A DNA stretch of 64,000 nt from Thermodesulfobacteriota bacterium (GTDB lineage Bacteria > Desulfobacterota > BSN033 > UBA1163), in NCBI GenBank assembly GCA_026415035.1, contig JAOAHX010000008.1, positions 16,270 through 80,269 on the forward strand. Direction: 5' to 3'. The position numbers were made by a program, and so were the translations under genes. Positions 53,431 through 63,085 of this stretch are shown piece by piece; position 1 is the first letter of the stretch; the number at the start of each line of letters is the position of its first letter. Under the pieces are notes generated by a model, which was given only the letters and a program-made list of their open reading frames with translations, made no database searches and was not told the DNA's origin.

Positions 53431-54408
53431 ATGTCTGAAACTTTTCTGATCGAAGTGAAGAACCTCTCGATGCATTTCCCGATCACGAAGGGGATCCTTC
53501 GACAGCGAAAGATTGCCGATATTAAAGCGGTCGACGAGGTCAGTTTCTTCATCCGGAAAGGGGAGACCCTGGGTCTGGTGGGCGAGAGCGGCTGCGGAAA
53601 GACGACCCTCGGCAGATGTCTGCTTCAGTTGATCCGTCCCACTTCTGGCGAAGTCTACTTCGAAGGCGTCAACCTCTGTGCCCTGCCCCCCCAAGACCTC
53701 CGGCCCATTCGGCAGAGGATGCAGATCATCTTTCAGGACCCTTTTGACTCCCTCGACCCGAGGATGCCCGCTGGGGAGATCGTGGCCGAGCCCCTCCGGG
53801 TCCACACCCGGATCCGGGGAAAGGCCCTGAAGGAGAAGATCGGCCAACTGCTGGAGACAGTAGGGCTTGATCCCACCATGGCAGACCGCTACCCCCATCA
53901 GTTCAGCGGTGGCCAGCGCCAGAGGCTCGGCATCGCACGGGCCCTCGCCATCCGGCCCCATTTTATCGTCTGTGACGAACCGATCTCGGCCCTTGACGTT
54001 TCGATTCAGGCCCAGATCATCAACCTCCTTGAGGACCTTCAGGCGGAGTTCAACTTGACCTATCTCTTTATCGCTCACGATCTTTCCGTCGTCCGCCATA
54101 TTAGCCATCGGGTGGCGGTGATGTATCTCGGAAAGATCGTCGAGATCGCAAACCGGGACGCCCTATACCAGTGTGCAAAACACCCTTACACCCAAGCCCT
54201 CCTCTCTGCCGTGCCGATTCCGGACCCCGTCGTTGAATCCCAGCGGGAAAGGATCCTCCTCAAGGGAGAGATACCAAGCCCTATCTCCCTACCTCCCGGG
54301 TGCAACTTCCATCCTCGCTGCCCCATCGCCATCGAACTCTGCAAAAGGGTAGTCCCTGCTCTCAGGGAGGTAGAAGAGGGACACTGGGTCTCCTGCCACC
54401 TTGCCTGA
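53431..54408 (+). CDS. ABC transporter ATP-binding protein (DppF/OppF-like)
   Basis: [27 protein letters not shown], and a C-terminal extension with CNFHPRCP. Confidence 0.9.
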   Translation: MSETFLIEVKNLSMHFPITKGILRQRKIADIKAVDEVSFFIRKGETLGLVGESGCGKTTLGRCLLQLIRPTSGEVYFEGVNLCALPPQDLRPIRQRMQIIFQDPFDSLDPRMPAGEIVAEPLRVHTRIRGKALKEKIGQLLETVGLDPTMADRYPHQFSGGQRQRLGIARALAIRPHFIVCDEPISALDVSIQAQIINLLEDLQAEFNLTYLFIAHDLSVVRHISHRVAVMYLGKIVEIANRDALYQCAKHPYTQALLSAVPIPDPVVESQRERILLKGEIPSPISLPPGCNFHPRCPIAIELCKRVVPALREVEEGHWVSCHLA

Positions 54409-54767
54409 TCTCCCGCGAAAGAGATTATTTTCAATTTCTTGAAACAAATAATCGGTTGAGGCAACCCGTTTTTTGAGGTCAACAGGGGAACCAAATGTAT
54501 AAAAAAATTATTCGTTCATCGGTTTCGTGAAAAAACCCTTTTAAATTCAAAAAAATATTTAAAATTCAAAAAGTTATAATAAAATCGGCCAGGGTTTAAA
54601 AGCTCATTGTGTATATTAAAAAAATTCATCCATGCCGGATGGGAAAGGTCAGAAATGGCGGTCTCATATAAAAAAATTATTAATTTCAATAAGTTATAAA
54701 ATGTGCCCAAATTGGCACGGTTAATGCTGATTATGAGGTTGAAGATCAAAGGAAGGAGGTATTAACG

Positions 54768-55052
54768 ATGGAAAGGATAAAAAATGGATTGAAGGTTGGG
54801 ATGATGGTTGGGTTGATGAGCCTTGCCGCCTCTCCTGCTTTTGCGAGGTCTCTTAGCCTTAAAGAAGCGGGGCCTGCCCTTTGGGTCTTTGTAATCATCG
54901 GGGCCATCATCATCCTTCTCCAGCTGATCCCTGCGGCCATTCTCTTCTTCAGCTTTATCGGAACCGTCACCGGCATGGCCTTGAAGAAAGAGAAGAAGGT
55001 CGAAGAGGAAGTGGTGGTGCCTGGGGTCAAGCCCGTTCCCGTGAAAAAGTAA
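54768..55052 (+). CDS. small membrane protein (signal peptide + 1 TM), paralog A
   Basis: Strong RBS AAGGAAGGAGG 7 nt upstream. Hydrophobic LWVFVIIGAIIILLQLIPAAILFFSFIG. Lys/Val/Pro-rich C-terminal tail. Confidence 0.55.
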   Translation: MERIKNGLKVGMMVGLMSLAASPAFARSLSLKEAGPALWVFVIIGAIIILLQLIPAAILFFSFIGTVTGMALKKEKKVEEEVVVPGVKPVPVKK

Positions 55053-55059
55053 CGGGGAT

Positions 55060-55335
55060 GTGAAAAAGAAAAGGGGTTTCCCAATGAAGAGTATGAAGAA
55101 AATCCTTACCATTTTGAGCCTTACCCTCGTTTTATCGATTGCGATGGGTTCTCTCGGAGTGGCCTATGCGGGAGGGGTCAGGGGGATCGGACTTCTGGGA
55201 GTCTGGTTCTTTCTGACCTTTGGGATCATCGTGGTCTTGGCTCAGCTCATCCCTGCAGGTATCCTTCTCAGCTCTTTAATCACCTCAACCATCAGTCCTC
55301 ATCGAAAGGCTGAGGCGCCGGTTGGAGCAGCCTAA
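55060..55335 (+). CDS. small membrane protein, paralog B of the preceding gene
   Basis: Shares LLGVWFFLTFGIIVVLAQLIPAGILLSSLI with paralog A (LWVFVIIGAIIILLQLIPAAILFFSFI). Signal peptide plus TM. Confidence 0.55.
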   Translation: MKKKRGFPMKSMKKILTILSLTLVLSIAMGSLGVAYAGGVRGIGLLGVWFFLTFGIIVVLAQLIPAGILLSSLITSTISPHRKAEAPVGAA

Positions 55336-55344
55336 ACGAGGAGG

Positions 55345-55791
55345 GTGGAACGGAGGGTTGTTATGCGCTCTAAAAGATTACTCATCGCCTATCAGGACGA
55401 TTTATGGGTCCGATCCCTGACGACCTACTTTCATGGAAAGGGATACCGGGTCGAAACGGTTCGGGTCCTGAGCGATATGATCAAGAAGGTCCGAAATGGT
55501 GGATATGAAGTGATTCTTCTGGACGATGAGATGGATGGGTTGAAGGCCTGCGAAGTGGTCCCTCTTGTCAAGAAGATCAACCCGAGGGTTCAGGTCATCA
55601 TGATCTCTTCCGAAGAGTCCTTGAGTTCGGTCAGGCGACTCCGCGGCGCTGGGATCTTTTATCAAGCGATGAAACCCGTGGATCTGGAGGAGATTCGATC
55701 TGCAGTGGAGTGCGCCTTTGAGAAGATCGCACGGGAAAGCGAGAAAGAAGGCTTCTTCTCCTTCCTCGTCCCGAGATTGGCGCCGGCCTAA
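55345..55791 (+). CDS. single-domain response-regulator receiver (CheY-like)
   Basis: QDD acidic pocket, LLDDEM (phospho-acceptor Asp context), S in the T/S position, and a KP motif (AMKPVD). Confidence 0.7.
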   Translation: MERRVVMRSKRLLIAYQDDLWVRSLTTYFHGKGYRVETVRVLSDMIKKVRNGGYEVILLDDEMDGLKACEVVPLVKKINPRVQVIMISSEESLSSVRRLRGAGIFYQAMKPVDLEEIRSAVECAFEKIARESEKEGFFSFLVPRLAPA

Positions 55792-55850
55792 ACAAGGGGA
55801 GATGAGATGAAGCCTTAGCCCCTATTTTTTGACTCAAAGGGGGGTGAAGA

Positions 55851-55879
55851 TAGCCGCAAGCCCAAGCGGCTATTTTTTT
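55851..55879 (+). terminator. strong intrinsic terminator
   Basis: TAGCCGC, loop AAGCCCAA, GCGGCTA, then TTTTTTT. Confidence 0.7.
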
Positions 55880-55902
55880 ATCTTCTCCCATCGCCTCCCT
55901 TT

Positions 55903-56676
55903 TTAAGAGAGCAACCCTTCGATCGAGAGGAGGAGGACCAATAGGATGGCCAATGGGAGGAGATGGCGCAAGGGGAGTTTAGAGAGAGTGAGGGGCAAGT
56001 CCTCCCTGTAACCGCGGGCAGCCAGGGCCCAGGTGAGCTCTTCCGCCTCATAAAAGGAGCGGCGAAGAAGAGGAAGCACGATGAATTTTATTCTCTTGAT
56101 GGGATTCTTCGCTCGATCTCCTCTGCGGGCTTTATTCGCCAAATGGACTTCGTCGGCATGATCCAGGATGCGGGAAAAAAAGCGGAGCGTGAGGGAAGCC
56201 ATCAGTCCGATGCGGCGTCCCGACAAAAAGGGAACCGGTTTGAGGAACCAGGTCAGGCCATCTCGGAGCTCCCGGGGGCGGGTCACCGCAGTGAAGAGAA
56301 TGGCATAAAGGAGAATCAGCCCCATCCGCCAACAGGTCATCCCTCCGAGCATGAGGCCCTCTTTGCTGAAGGGGAGGAAAGGCAGAAACGGAACCCTGGT
56401 TCCCGTGGTCCCGAGGGATTGGAAAAGAAAGAGGATGAGGAGTAAGATCCCCCAAAACCGCATCTCCCGGAGGAGATACCTCAGAGGAAATCTTAGAGCC
56501 ATCAGGAGTGCGGCCAGGAGGATGGAATCGAAGAGGAGCCAGGTGGTCTTCGGGTAAACCAAGGTCCCTGTGATCATCAGGAATCCCAAGAATTTACAAC
56601 GGGCGTCCCAACGGTGCAGAAAAGAATCTTTGGGGAAATAGTGGAGGGCTATTCGAGCCACGACAGTCTTTCGCAC
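55903..56676 (-). CDS. ecfT: ECF transporter transmembrane (T) component, CbiQ family
   Basis: CbiQ-like topology and conserved Arg-rich loop (ARRGD...). Overlaps ecfA. Confidence 0.85.
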   Translation of the reverse strand: MRKTVVARIALHYFPKDSFLHRWDARCKFLGFLMITGTLVYPKTTWLLFDSILLAALLMALRFPLRYLLREMRFWGILLLILFLFQSLGTTGTRVPFLPFLPFSKEGLMLGGMTCWRMGLILLYAILFTAVTRPRELRDGLTWFLKPVPFLSGRRIGLMASLTLRFFSRILDHADEVHLANKARRGDRAKNPIKRIKFIVLPLLRRSFYEAEELTWALAARGYREDLPLTLSKLPLRHLLPLAILLVLLLSIEGLLS

Positions 56677-57392
56677 CCTAAAAGGATGTAGCAGGGAGGC
56701 CGAACCCCGAAGAGGGAGAGGTCGTGGGCCAGATTTTCGGGCGGCCCTATCGCCTGGATCCTTCCTCCCTGGAGGACCACGACCCGATCCACATGGGCGA
56801 TCACCTTTTCGACCTCGTGGGTTGTCACGACAAGGGTATGCCCCTCCTGGTGTAGCTGGATCATCCCTCGCAAGGCCTCTTGAACGCCGGGATAGTCGAG
56901 ATTGGCAAAGGGTTCGTCGAAGAGAAGGATGTCCGGTTGCATCGCCATCACCCCGGCGAGGGCGAGCCGCCGTTTCTCCCCTCCGGAGAGGAGGTAACAG
57001 GGTTTTCCGGCGAGGGGTTCAAGCCCCATCTTCTTGAGGGCCCAAAAGACCCTTCGGTCGATCTCTTCTCGAGAAAGCCCAAGATTTTCAGGGCCAAAGG
57101 CCACATCCTCCTGCACGGTCTCTCCGACGATCTGGCTCTCGGGGTCTTGAAAGAGAAGCCCCACCGACTGTCTTGCCTTGAGGGGATCCTTCTTCGTATC
57201 GAACCCGTTGATAAGAATGGATCCCTCCGAGGGCTCGATCAATCCACTCAACAGGCGGAGCAGGGTGGTCTTTCCGCTGCCATTGGGACCGCAGATGAGA
57301 AGAAACTCCCCGGTCTCGATGGAAAGGTTGATGCCTCTCAGGGCATAAGTGCCATCGCCGTAGCGATAGTGGAGGTTTTTTACCTGAATCAT
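56649..57392 (-). CDS. ecfA: ECF transporter ATPase (CbiO family)
   Basis: GPNGSGKTT, LSGGEKRRLALA, LLFDEPFANLD. Confidence 0.9.
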   Translation of the reverse strand: MIQVKNLHYRYGDGTYALRGINLSIETGEFLLICGPNGSGKTTLLRLLSGLIEPSEGSILINGFDTKKDPLKARQSVGLLFQDPESQIVGETVQEDVAFGPENLGLSREEIDRRVFWALKKMGLEPLAGKPCYLLSGGEKRRLALAGVMAMQPDILLFDEPFANLDYPGVQEALRGMIQLHQEGHTLVVTTHEVEKVIAHVDRVVVLQGGRIQAIGPPENLAHDLSLFGVRPPCYILLGCERLSWLE

Positions 57393-57422
57393 AAAAAAAA
57401 ACGGGATCCCCGTGCCGGGGCT

Positions 57423-57986
57423 TTAGGATTTTCGGTCTCCAACCCCTACTTGCATGGCCCGGAGGTTTAAAATGGGCCTGACGGCCTTGGCCAAGACGAT
57501 CGCCGCCGATGCCTTCAATCCATCTCCAAAGAGAAAAGGAATCATCCCCGCAATCAGGGCTTTTTCCCAGGTCATACCCGTGACCATCTTGAGCCAGGGG
57601 AGGCCGAAGGCGTAGATGAGAAGGGAGCCGATGAGCACCGCCAGGATGTCTCCGAGGAGCCTTCTTACGAACCTTTCGGAGATCCAACCGGCCACATAGG
57701 CGGAAAGAACGAATCCGAAAAGGTAACCTCCGGTTGGTCCGAAGAGGTGGGCCAATCCTCCTTTTCCTCCCGCAAAGACCGGCAGGCCGACGGCTCCACA
57801 GAGAAGGTAGGCCCCGACGCTCGTTGCGCCCCAACGACTACCCAAGAGGAGACCTGAGAGAAGGACGAAGAGGTTGGTAAGGACGATGGGAACTGGACCG
57901 ATGGGAACGTGGAGATAGGCTCCGACCGCCATTAGCCCTGCCATGAGTGAAGAAAGAACAACGAGCCTCAGTTTTTCGATCGCCAT
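57423..57986 (-). CDS. bioY: biotin transporter substrate-specific component BioY
   Basis: Length and hydrophobic pattern of the BioY family, with a Gly-rich TM core (GAVGLPVFAGGKGG). Confidence 0.85.
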   Translation of the reverse strand: MAIEKLRLVVLSSLMAGLMAVGAYLHVPIGPVPIVLTNLFVLLSGLLLGSRWGATSVGAYLLCGAVGLPVFAGGKGGLAHLFGPTGGYLFGFVLSAYVAGWISERFVRRLLGDILAVLIGSLLIYAFGLPWLKMVTGMTWEKALIAGMIPFLFGDGLKASAAIVLAKAVRPILNLRAMQVGVGDRKS

Positions 57987-58003
57987 TATCCCCTCCTCAT
58001 TAA

Positions 58004-58035
58004 TTGTTAACTTAATCCGAGAAAGAAGTTAACAA
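58004..58035. promoter_or_regulatory. perfect inverted repeat TTGTTAAC-N16-GTTAACAA upstream of bioY (BirA-type operator candidate)
   Basis: 8-bp perfect palindromic half-sites with a 16-nt spacer, 18-50 nt upstream of the bioY start codon. It resembles known BirA operators (TGTTAACC...GGTTAACA). Confidence 0.4.
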
Positions 58036-58126
58036 ATTTTTGAGCCGCTGTCAATGACCTCCTTTTTTGAATCGAAGAATTTGACGAAGGGGTCAGGAAG
58101 AGGTATGGTAGGGAGGGGAGGAAGCG

Positions 58127-58471
58127 TTGATGTATTTCGTTCTAAAATTAGTCATCCAGATGATTTCCATTCTGATCGTCTCTTACCTTTTCCCCGACTG
58201 GATATGGGTCGATCATTTCTGGGCCGCACTGGTGGCAGCTTTCATCCTCGGGATCGTCAATGCCGTGCTTAGACCGGTGCTTGTCTTTTTGACCCTCCCC
58301 ATCACCCTATTGACCTTCGGCCTCTTCCTCTTGGTCATCAACGGACTGATGCTCTGGCTGGTCTCGGCGCTGGTGAAGGGATTTCACGTGGAAGGCTTTT
58401 GGGCAGCCCTGATGGGATCGATCCTGATCAGCGTCGTGAGCTGGATTCTCTCAAGGGGGGTCCCACGATAA
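58127..58471 (+). CDS. phage holin family 4-like small membrane protein
   Basis: 114 aa with 3-4 TM segments. The LRPVLVFLTLPITLLTFGLFLLVINGLMLWL pattern is typical of the Phage_holin_4_2/YvlD-like family. Confidence 0.6.
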   Translation: MMYFVLKLVIQMISILIVSYLFPDWIWVDHFWAALVAAFILGIVNAVLRPVLVFLTLPITLLTFGLFLLVINGLMLWLVSALVKGFHVEGFWAALMGSILISVVSWILSRGVPR

Positions 58472-58511
58472 GCTTCGAAAGGAGAACTTCTCTTTTTGAG
58501 GAACGGGTGGA

Positions 58512-59039
58512 TTAACCTCCGTCAAGGGTATGGTGTTCCATTTTCCGATACCACGACGCCGGATCCGTGAAATACTCTTCGGTATCTTTCAATGAGAGGT
58601 AGTGCTCGTGCTCGATTTTTGAAAGAAGATCGAAAAAGGCCTTCTCTTTCGGATCGCTCACCGAGTCCCTCAAGTCCGCATAGAATTTGGCTCCCTTGGC
58701 TTCGAAGTCCAGGGCCTTCCTGACCGCTTCGAGGTCATCGGCATCCCCCTTTTTTGAACCTTCTGCCTTTTTCGCCAGCCCATTGAGGACCTCTTTGATG
58801 TTGGTCTCTTTCACCTGCAAAGGGACGGTCTCGGGCCATCTCTCCTGCTTGGACCATCGCTCATGCAGCTGTTTAAGTCTCTCGTAATGTTCAAGCTCTT
58901 CGTCGCCGATCTGTTTGAACATCGCCTTCCCAAGGGGATTTGAGGTCCTCTCGGCATTCTTGAGATAGAACTCCCGTTCCACCATCTCATTTTTGAGCGC
59001 CACCTCCAAGGCATTCAATCGTTCTTGCTCGTTCATCAA
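58512..59039 (-). CDS. rubrerythrin/ferritin-like diiron protein (no rubredoxin domain)
   Basis: Two E...ExxH diiron motifs (EREFY...ELEHYERL and EAKGAKFY...EHEHYLSL). Confidence 0.75.
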   Translation of the reverse strand: MMNEQERLNALEVALKNEMVEREFYLKNAERTSNPLGKAMFKQIGDEELEHYERLKQLHERWSKQERWPETVPLQVKETNIKEVLNGLAKKAEGSKKGDADDLEAVRKALDFEAKGAKFYADLRDSVSDPKEKAFFDLLSKIEHEHYLSLKDTEEYFTDPASWYRKMEHHTLDGG

Positions 59040-59136
59040 ACTCTCCTCCTGACGACCTGCTGAGATTTGTAAACGCTAAGGTCTATCATATCTTAATTTT
59101 TTCGATCCATCAAGAGAAATCGCCGTTGGGGTTATC

Positions 59137-59165
59137 TTGACTTTAGAAGGCCCATTCAGTATAGT
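59137..59165 (+). promoter_or_regulatory. sigma70-like promoter (TTGACT-17nt-TATAGT) upstream of the T6SS-linked genes
   Basis: Near-consensus -35 and -10 hexamers with 17-nt spacing, about 100 nt upstream of the 59267 start codon. Confidence 0.45.
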
Positions 59166-59266
59166 GAGGTAATAAATGAGTGAATAAATAACAATAGATC
59201 CGTGGGTGAAAAGGTTGGGTCCCTTTCTACCGTTCCCCCCGGAGATTCCCTCATCTCAAGATCAAG

Positions 59267-59647
59267 ATGAACCGTGAGCAACGCCTTCAGGAAGAAGAGC
59301 GGCTCGCCCTTTATCGAATCCTTAAAGGAATTCTCGAGCATTGGCGAGCCGAGTTAAAACAACAGGAAGAGGAATTTACGGAAACCGTCGTCCTTTCTCC
59401 AGGCAGGGGTGGACGGCCAGCCGTTGCCTCTGAGTCGGAAACCCCGATCGAGGGGGAGGTTCTTACGGCCACCGTCATCCTGCCGTCTCAGAGAGGCCCC
59501 ATAACCCCTCCTGCCGTTGCGGAGGCAGAGGGGCGCATCGCGGAGCCAACCGAACCCCAAAAGGGGAAGCATCCCGAGACGGAAGAGTGTCTCGAAGAGA
59601 CCGTGATCCTTAAGCCCAAAACGCCTAAGGGAAAAGGAATTGGATAG
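59267..59647 (+). CDS. hypothetical protein, first gene of T6SS-linked operon
   Basis: 126-aa ORF with coding-like composition, Glu-rich N-terminus and Pro-rich C-terminus. Overlaps the next gene by 8 nt. Confidence 0.45.
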   Translation: MNREQRLQEEERLALYRILKGILEHWRAELKQQEEEFTETVVLSPGRGGRPAVASESETPIEGEVLTATVILPSQRGPITPPAVAEAEGRIAEPTEPQKGKHPETEECLEETVILKPKTPKGKGIG

Positions 59648-60380
59648 GGCCCTCTCGCTCGAACGGTTGACGGAAGAAGTCCAAACGATCTATCGATCCC
59701 TTCCAGAAGGGGCAGAGGAGGCGATAGAGGCCTATCTTCGTAACGCCCTAAAAAGCCAATCCACCGAAGACCGATTGGCCTTGCTCGAGGCCCTGGTCCG
59801 ACAGTTCGAGACGCCCTCTCCTCCTCCGTCCCAAGAGGGCCACCCTCTTCCCGAAGAAATCTCCCGCCTGTTTTCGCTCCTCTTCGGGCAGAGGATCCCG
59901 AAGGCCGGGCTCACTTCTCCAGACTTACTCGAAGAACTGGCCCATGTCCTCAATACCCTCTTCGACACCTTGAACGAGATCATCCGGACCATCGACACAA
60001 CCCTGCTTGGTAAGAGGCCAGAGCTCGAGACCATCCGGCACATCATCGGAAAGCAGCTGACCGCCGAGGTCCCCCCCGAACCCCTTCAACAATATCTCTC
60101 CAGGATCCAAGAGGCCTTTTTGATCTCTCACAAGGCCTTCCAGGAGGCCGCCCAGACCAAACTCGGAGAACTGCTGGAGGAGCTCAGCCCGCAACGCTTT
60201 GAGTCGGAGCCCGTGGATCGGTTCAAGATCGGCCCCCTACGGAAGGCCGAATTCTTTGAACGGTACAAGGAAAAATTTCTCACCTTAAAGAAATGGTTCG
60301 AGTCGGGCCGTTTCAGAGAAGAGCTCTTGAGAGAGTTTGAGAAATCGTGCCAGAAGCTCTATGATGCTAAACGGAGGTAG
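59640..60380 (+). CDS. hypothetical helical protein, T6SS-linked
   Basis: 246 aa, predicted mostly helical. Lies immediately upstream of tssJ in the same orientation. Confidence 0.5.
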   Translation: MDRALSLERLTEEVQTIYRSLPEGAEEAIEAYLRNALKSQSTEDRLALLEALVRQFETPSPPPSQEGHPLPEEISRLFSLLFGQRIPKAGLTSPDLLEELAHVLNTLFDTLNEIIRTIDTTLLGKRPELETIRHIIGKQLTAEVPPEPLQQYLSRIQEAFLISHKAFQEAAQTKLGELLEELSPQRFESEPVDRFKIGPLRKAEFFERYKEKFLTLKKWFESGRFREELLREFEKSCQKLYDAKRR

Positions 60381-60384
60381 AACG

Positions 60385-60921
60385 ATGAATCTGAGGACCC
60401 TGTGGATCTTCTCTCTCGTCGCCTGTTTGGTCCTTTCCTCCTGCGCTACCGTCGTCATCCCGCCGAGCTGGGAGTATGAACCCAATGCGATCCGCCTCAA
60501 CCTGAAAAGCGATGCCCAGCTCAATCTCTTCCAAGGGAGGGCCCATACCCTCGTCCTCTGTGTCTATCTCTTATCCGACCCCAATGAACTCAACCAGCTT
60601 GTGGACGAAAGAGGTGGCCTCGAAAAGCTCTGCGAATGCACCAAGTTTCATCCCAGCGTGACCTTTGCGAAACGGTTTATCATCCATCCGAATCGGGAGT
60701 ATAAGGAGACCCTGGACCGCGCGGCGGGGGCAAAGTATGTGGCCCTCGTGGCCGGATACTTCAAACTCCAGAAGGAGAATGTGGTCAAGCTCTACTCGAT
60801 TCCGATCGTGGAGGAGAAGAAGAAGGGCAATATCTATCAGAAGCCCGGCCCCCTCTCGATCGATCTCTACCTGGGATCCCAACAACTTCAGGATACGAAA
60901 CCCGCTCCAGAGAAAAAGTGA
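60385..60921 (+). CDS. tssJ: type VI secretion lipoprotein TssJ-like
   Basis: GGAGG RBS. Lipobox LSSC. Size (~178 aa) and position directly upstream of tssK-tssL-tssM. Start placed at MNLRT (60385). Confidence 0.7.
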   Translation: MNLRTLWIFSLVACLVLSSCATVVIPPSWEYEPNAIRLNLKSDAQLNLFQGRAHTLVLCVYLLSDPNELNQLVDERGGLEKLCECTKFHPSVTFAKRFIIHPNREYKETLDRAAGAKYVALVAGYFKLQKENVVKLYSIPIVEEKKKGNIYQKPGPLSIDLYLGSQQLQDTKPAPEKK

Positions 60922-61008
60922 CCCTGCTCTGAATCAAGGCTAAGGAGACATTCCGTTCCCCTTCTTCAAAGGGAATCCTTCGAGACGGGGGAGAAGGAGA
61001 CAACACGC

Positions 61009-62397
61009 ATGGAGATTCAAAGACCCCTCTTCTGGCATCAAGGGCTCTTCCTCCAGCCCCAGCATTTCCAGCTGTTAGACCTTTCCTTCCAATCGCTCCT
61101 CATCCCCTTTCACCAATTCATGGAACCCCATTTCTGGGGGGTGGGCGAGGTGGAGATCCATAAGGCCGGACTGGGGTTGAGAACGTTCAATCTCCTCAAA
61201 GGCTCCTTCCTCTTCCCAGACGGCACCTTTGTCGTCTTTCCTGGGAATGGGATCGTCGAGGCCAGGTCTTTCCACGAGGCCTGGACCGACGGAGGAAAGC
61301 CCTTCACCGTCTTCATCGGACTGAAGAAGATGAACCCGGCAGGGGAGAACGTGACCGTCGTCGACACCTTGGAAAACCTCTCGAAGGTTACGACCCGATT
61401 CGTCACGACCCCCAACCCGGAGGAGGTGAGAGATCTTCACTCCGGAGGCCCCGTGGGGCAGGTCAAGAGGCTTTACTACCTCCTCAAGGTCTTCTGGGAG
61501 ACCGAAAGGGAGCAATTGGGAGATTATGTGCTCATCCCTGTCGCCCAGCTCGAAAGGATGGGCGAGGAGGTCCGGCTCTCACCGCGGTTCATCCCCCCCT
61601 GTTTGACCCTCTCCGGCTCCGAACCTCTTCTGCGTCTCATCAAAGAGATTCGGGACCAGCTGGCTTCAAGGGCCCACCAGCTCGAGGAGTATAAAAGCCA
61701 ACGGGGGGTCCACACGGCCGAGTTTGGTTCAAGGGATATGGTCTACCTCCTGGCCTTGCGGTCCCTGAACCGGTATGTGCCCCCTCTTTACCACGCGACC
61801 GAGGCCCAGCTGACCCATCCATGGGCGATCTATGGTCTGCTGAGGCAGTTGATCGGAGAGCTTTCGTCCTTTTCCGAGCGGATCAATGTCATGGGAGAGC
61901 AGGAGGATGGAACCCGGGCCCTCTTAGGATACGACCATCAGAATTTATGGGAGTGCTTCTCAACGGCCCAGGCTCTGATCGTCCAGCTTCTCGATGAGAT
62001 CACCGCCGGGCCAGAATACGTGATCCCCCTCGTTTATGACGGGACCTATTATGCCGCTTCCCTCAAGCCGACGATCTTCGAAGGCCGAAACCGCTTCTAC
62101 CTCGTCCTAAAGACCGAAGAGGACATGAAGTCGGTGGTGAAGTCGGTCGAGACGATGGCCAAGCTGAGCGCCCGGGAGCATTTGCCTATTTTGATCGCCC
62201 GTGCCCTTCCTGGCATCGGGCTGGAGCACCTTCCCGTTCCGCCCCAAGAGCTGCCCCGCAGGGCCCATTCGGTCTATTTTGCCGTCAATCACCACAGCGA
62301 CCAATGGTCGTTGGTTCAGAAGACCCATAACCTCGCCCTCTACTGGGATAATGCCCCGGAAGACCTGGAGGTGGAGTTGATGGTGGTGGGACGATAA
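61009..62397 (+). CDS. tssK: type VI secretion baseplate protein TssK
   Basis: N-terminal PLFWHQGLFLQPQHFQ is the hallmark of TssK. Length 462 aa. Confidence 0.85.
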   Translation: MEIQRPLFWHQGLFLQPQHFQLLDLSFQSLLIPFHQFMEPHFWGVGEVEIHKAGLGLRTFNLLKGSFLFPDGTFVVFPGNGIVEARSFHEAWTDGGKPFTVFIGLKKMNPAGENVTVVDTLENLSKVTTRFVTTPNPEEVRDLHSGGPVGQVKRLYYLLKVFWETEREQLGDYVLIPVAQLERMGEEVRLSPRFIPPCLTLSGSEPLLRLIKEIRDQLASRAHQLEEYKSQRGVHTAEFGSRDMVYLLALRSLNRYVPPLYHATEAQLTHPWAIYGLLRQLIGELSSFSERINVMGEQEDGTRALLGYDHQNLWECFSTAQALIVQLLDEITAGPEYVIPLVYDGTYYAASLKPTIFEGRNRFYLVLKTEEDMKSVVKSVETMAKLSAREHLPILIARALPGIGLEHLPVPPQELPRRAHSVYFAVNHHSDQWSLVQKTHNLALYWDNAPEDLEVELMVVGR

Positions 62398-62407
62398 GGA
62401 GAGATCT

Positions 62408-63085
62408 ATGCACCTCACTGATGCCTTCATGGAACTGGTGGCCTATGTGGTCTATTTCGTCAAGACAGCGGGGGCCAAACAGCCCCCTTATGAACAAGTC
62501 AAGGCCGACGTCCTGAGGCTTCTCAGCCAGAGCGAATCGGTGGTGAAGCGGGGTCTTTTTTCCCAGGAGGATTACGATCTGGCACGCTTCATGGTCTGTG
62601 CCTGGATCGATGAGGCGATCCTCAACTCCGATTGGAACCAAAAATCACAATGGCAGAGAGAGCCCCTCCAGCGCCTCTATTACCATACCCTCGAGGCCGG
62701 CGAGGAGGCCTTTGAACGGCTCAACCACCTCGGCCTTCACCAGAGGGACGTCCGGGAGGTTTACTACCTCTGTCTCGCCCTCGGGTTCAAGGGTCGATTT
62801 CACCATCCGGGCGATGAGCATCTCTTAGAACAGGTCAAGACCTCCAATCTGAAACTCCTTCTGGGTAGTTCGGTGGGCCTGCCTTCCCTGGAGAGGGCCG
62901 AACTCTTTCCGGAAGCCCACCCGGTCGAAGCCGTGGAGATCGGCCCCCAGAAAGGGAAGTTTCGATTCTCGGCCTTTACCCTCGCCTGCCTGGTCGGACC
63001 GGTGATTCTCTTCGGCCTTCTCTTTCTGATCTACCAGTTCGCCTTGGGCGGGGTGGGAGAAAATCTTCTTAAGGCGGTGCCGTAG
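62408..63085 (+). CDS. tssL: type VI secretion membrane protein TssL (DotU family)
   Basis: YYLCLALGFKGRF DotU motif and a single C-terminal TM (LACLVGPVILFGLLFLIY). Confidence 0.8.
   Translation: MHLTDAFMELVAYVVYFVKTAGAKQPPYEQVKADVLRLLSQSESVVKRGLFSQEDYDLARFMVCAWIDEAILNSDWNQKSQWQREPLQRLYYHTLEAGEEAFERLNHLGLHQRDVREVYYLCLALGFKGRFHHPGDEHLLEQVKTSNLKLLLGSSVGLPSLERAELFPEAHPVEAVEIGPQKGKFRFSAFTLACLVGPVILFGLLFLIYQFALGGVGENLLKAVP

Noticed and set aside
52465-54108. 547-aa - strand ORF
   Set aside because: Antisense to two ABC ATPase genes with perfect Walker motifs.
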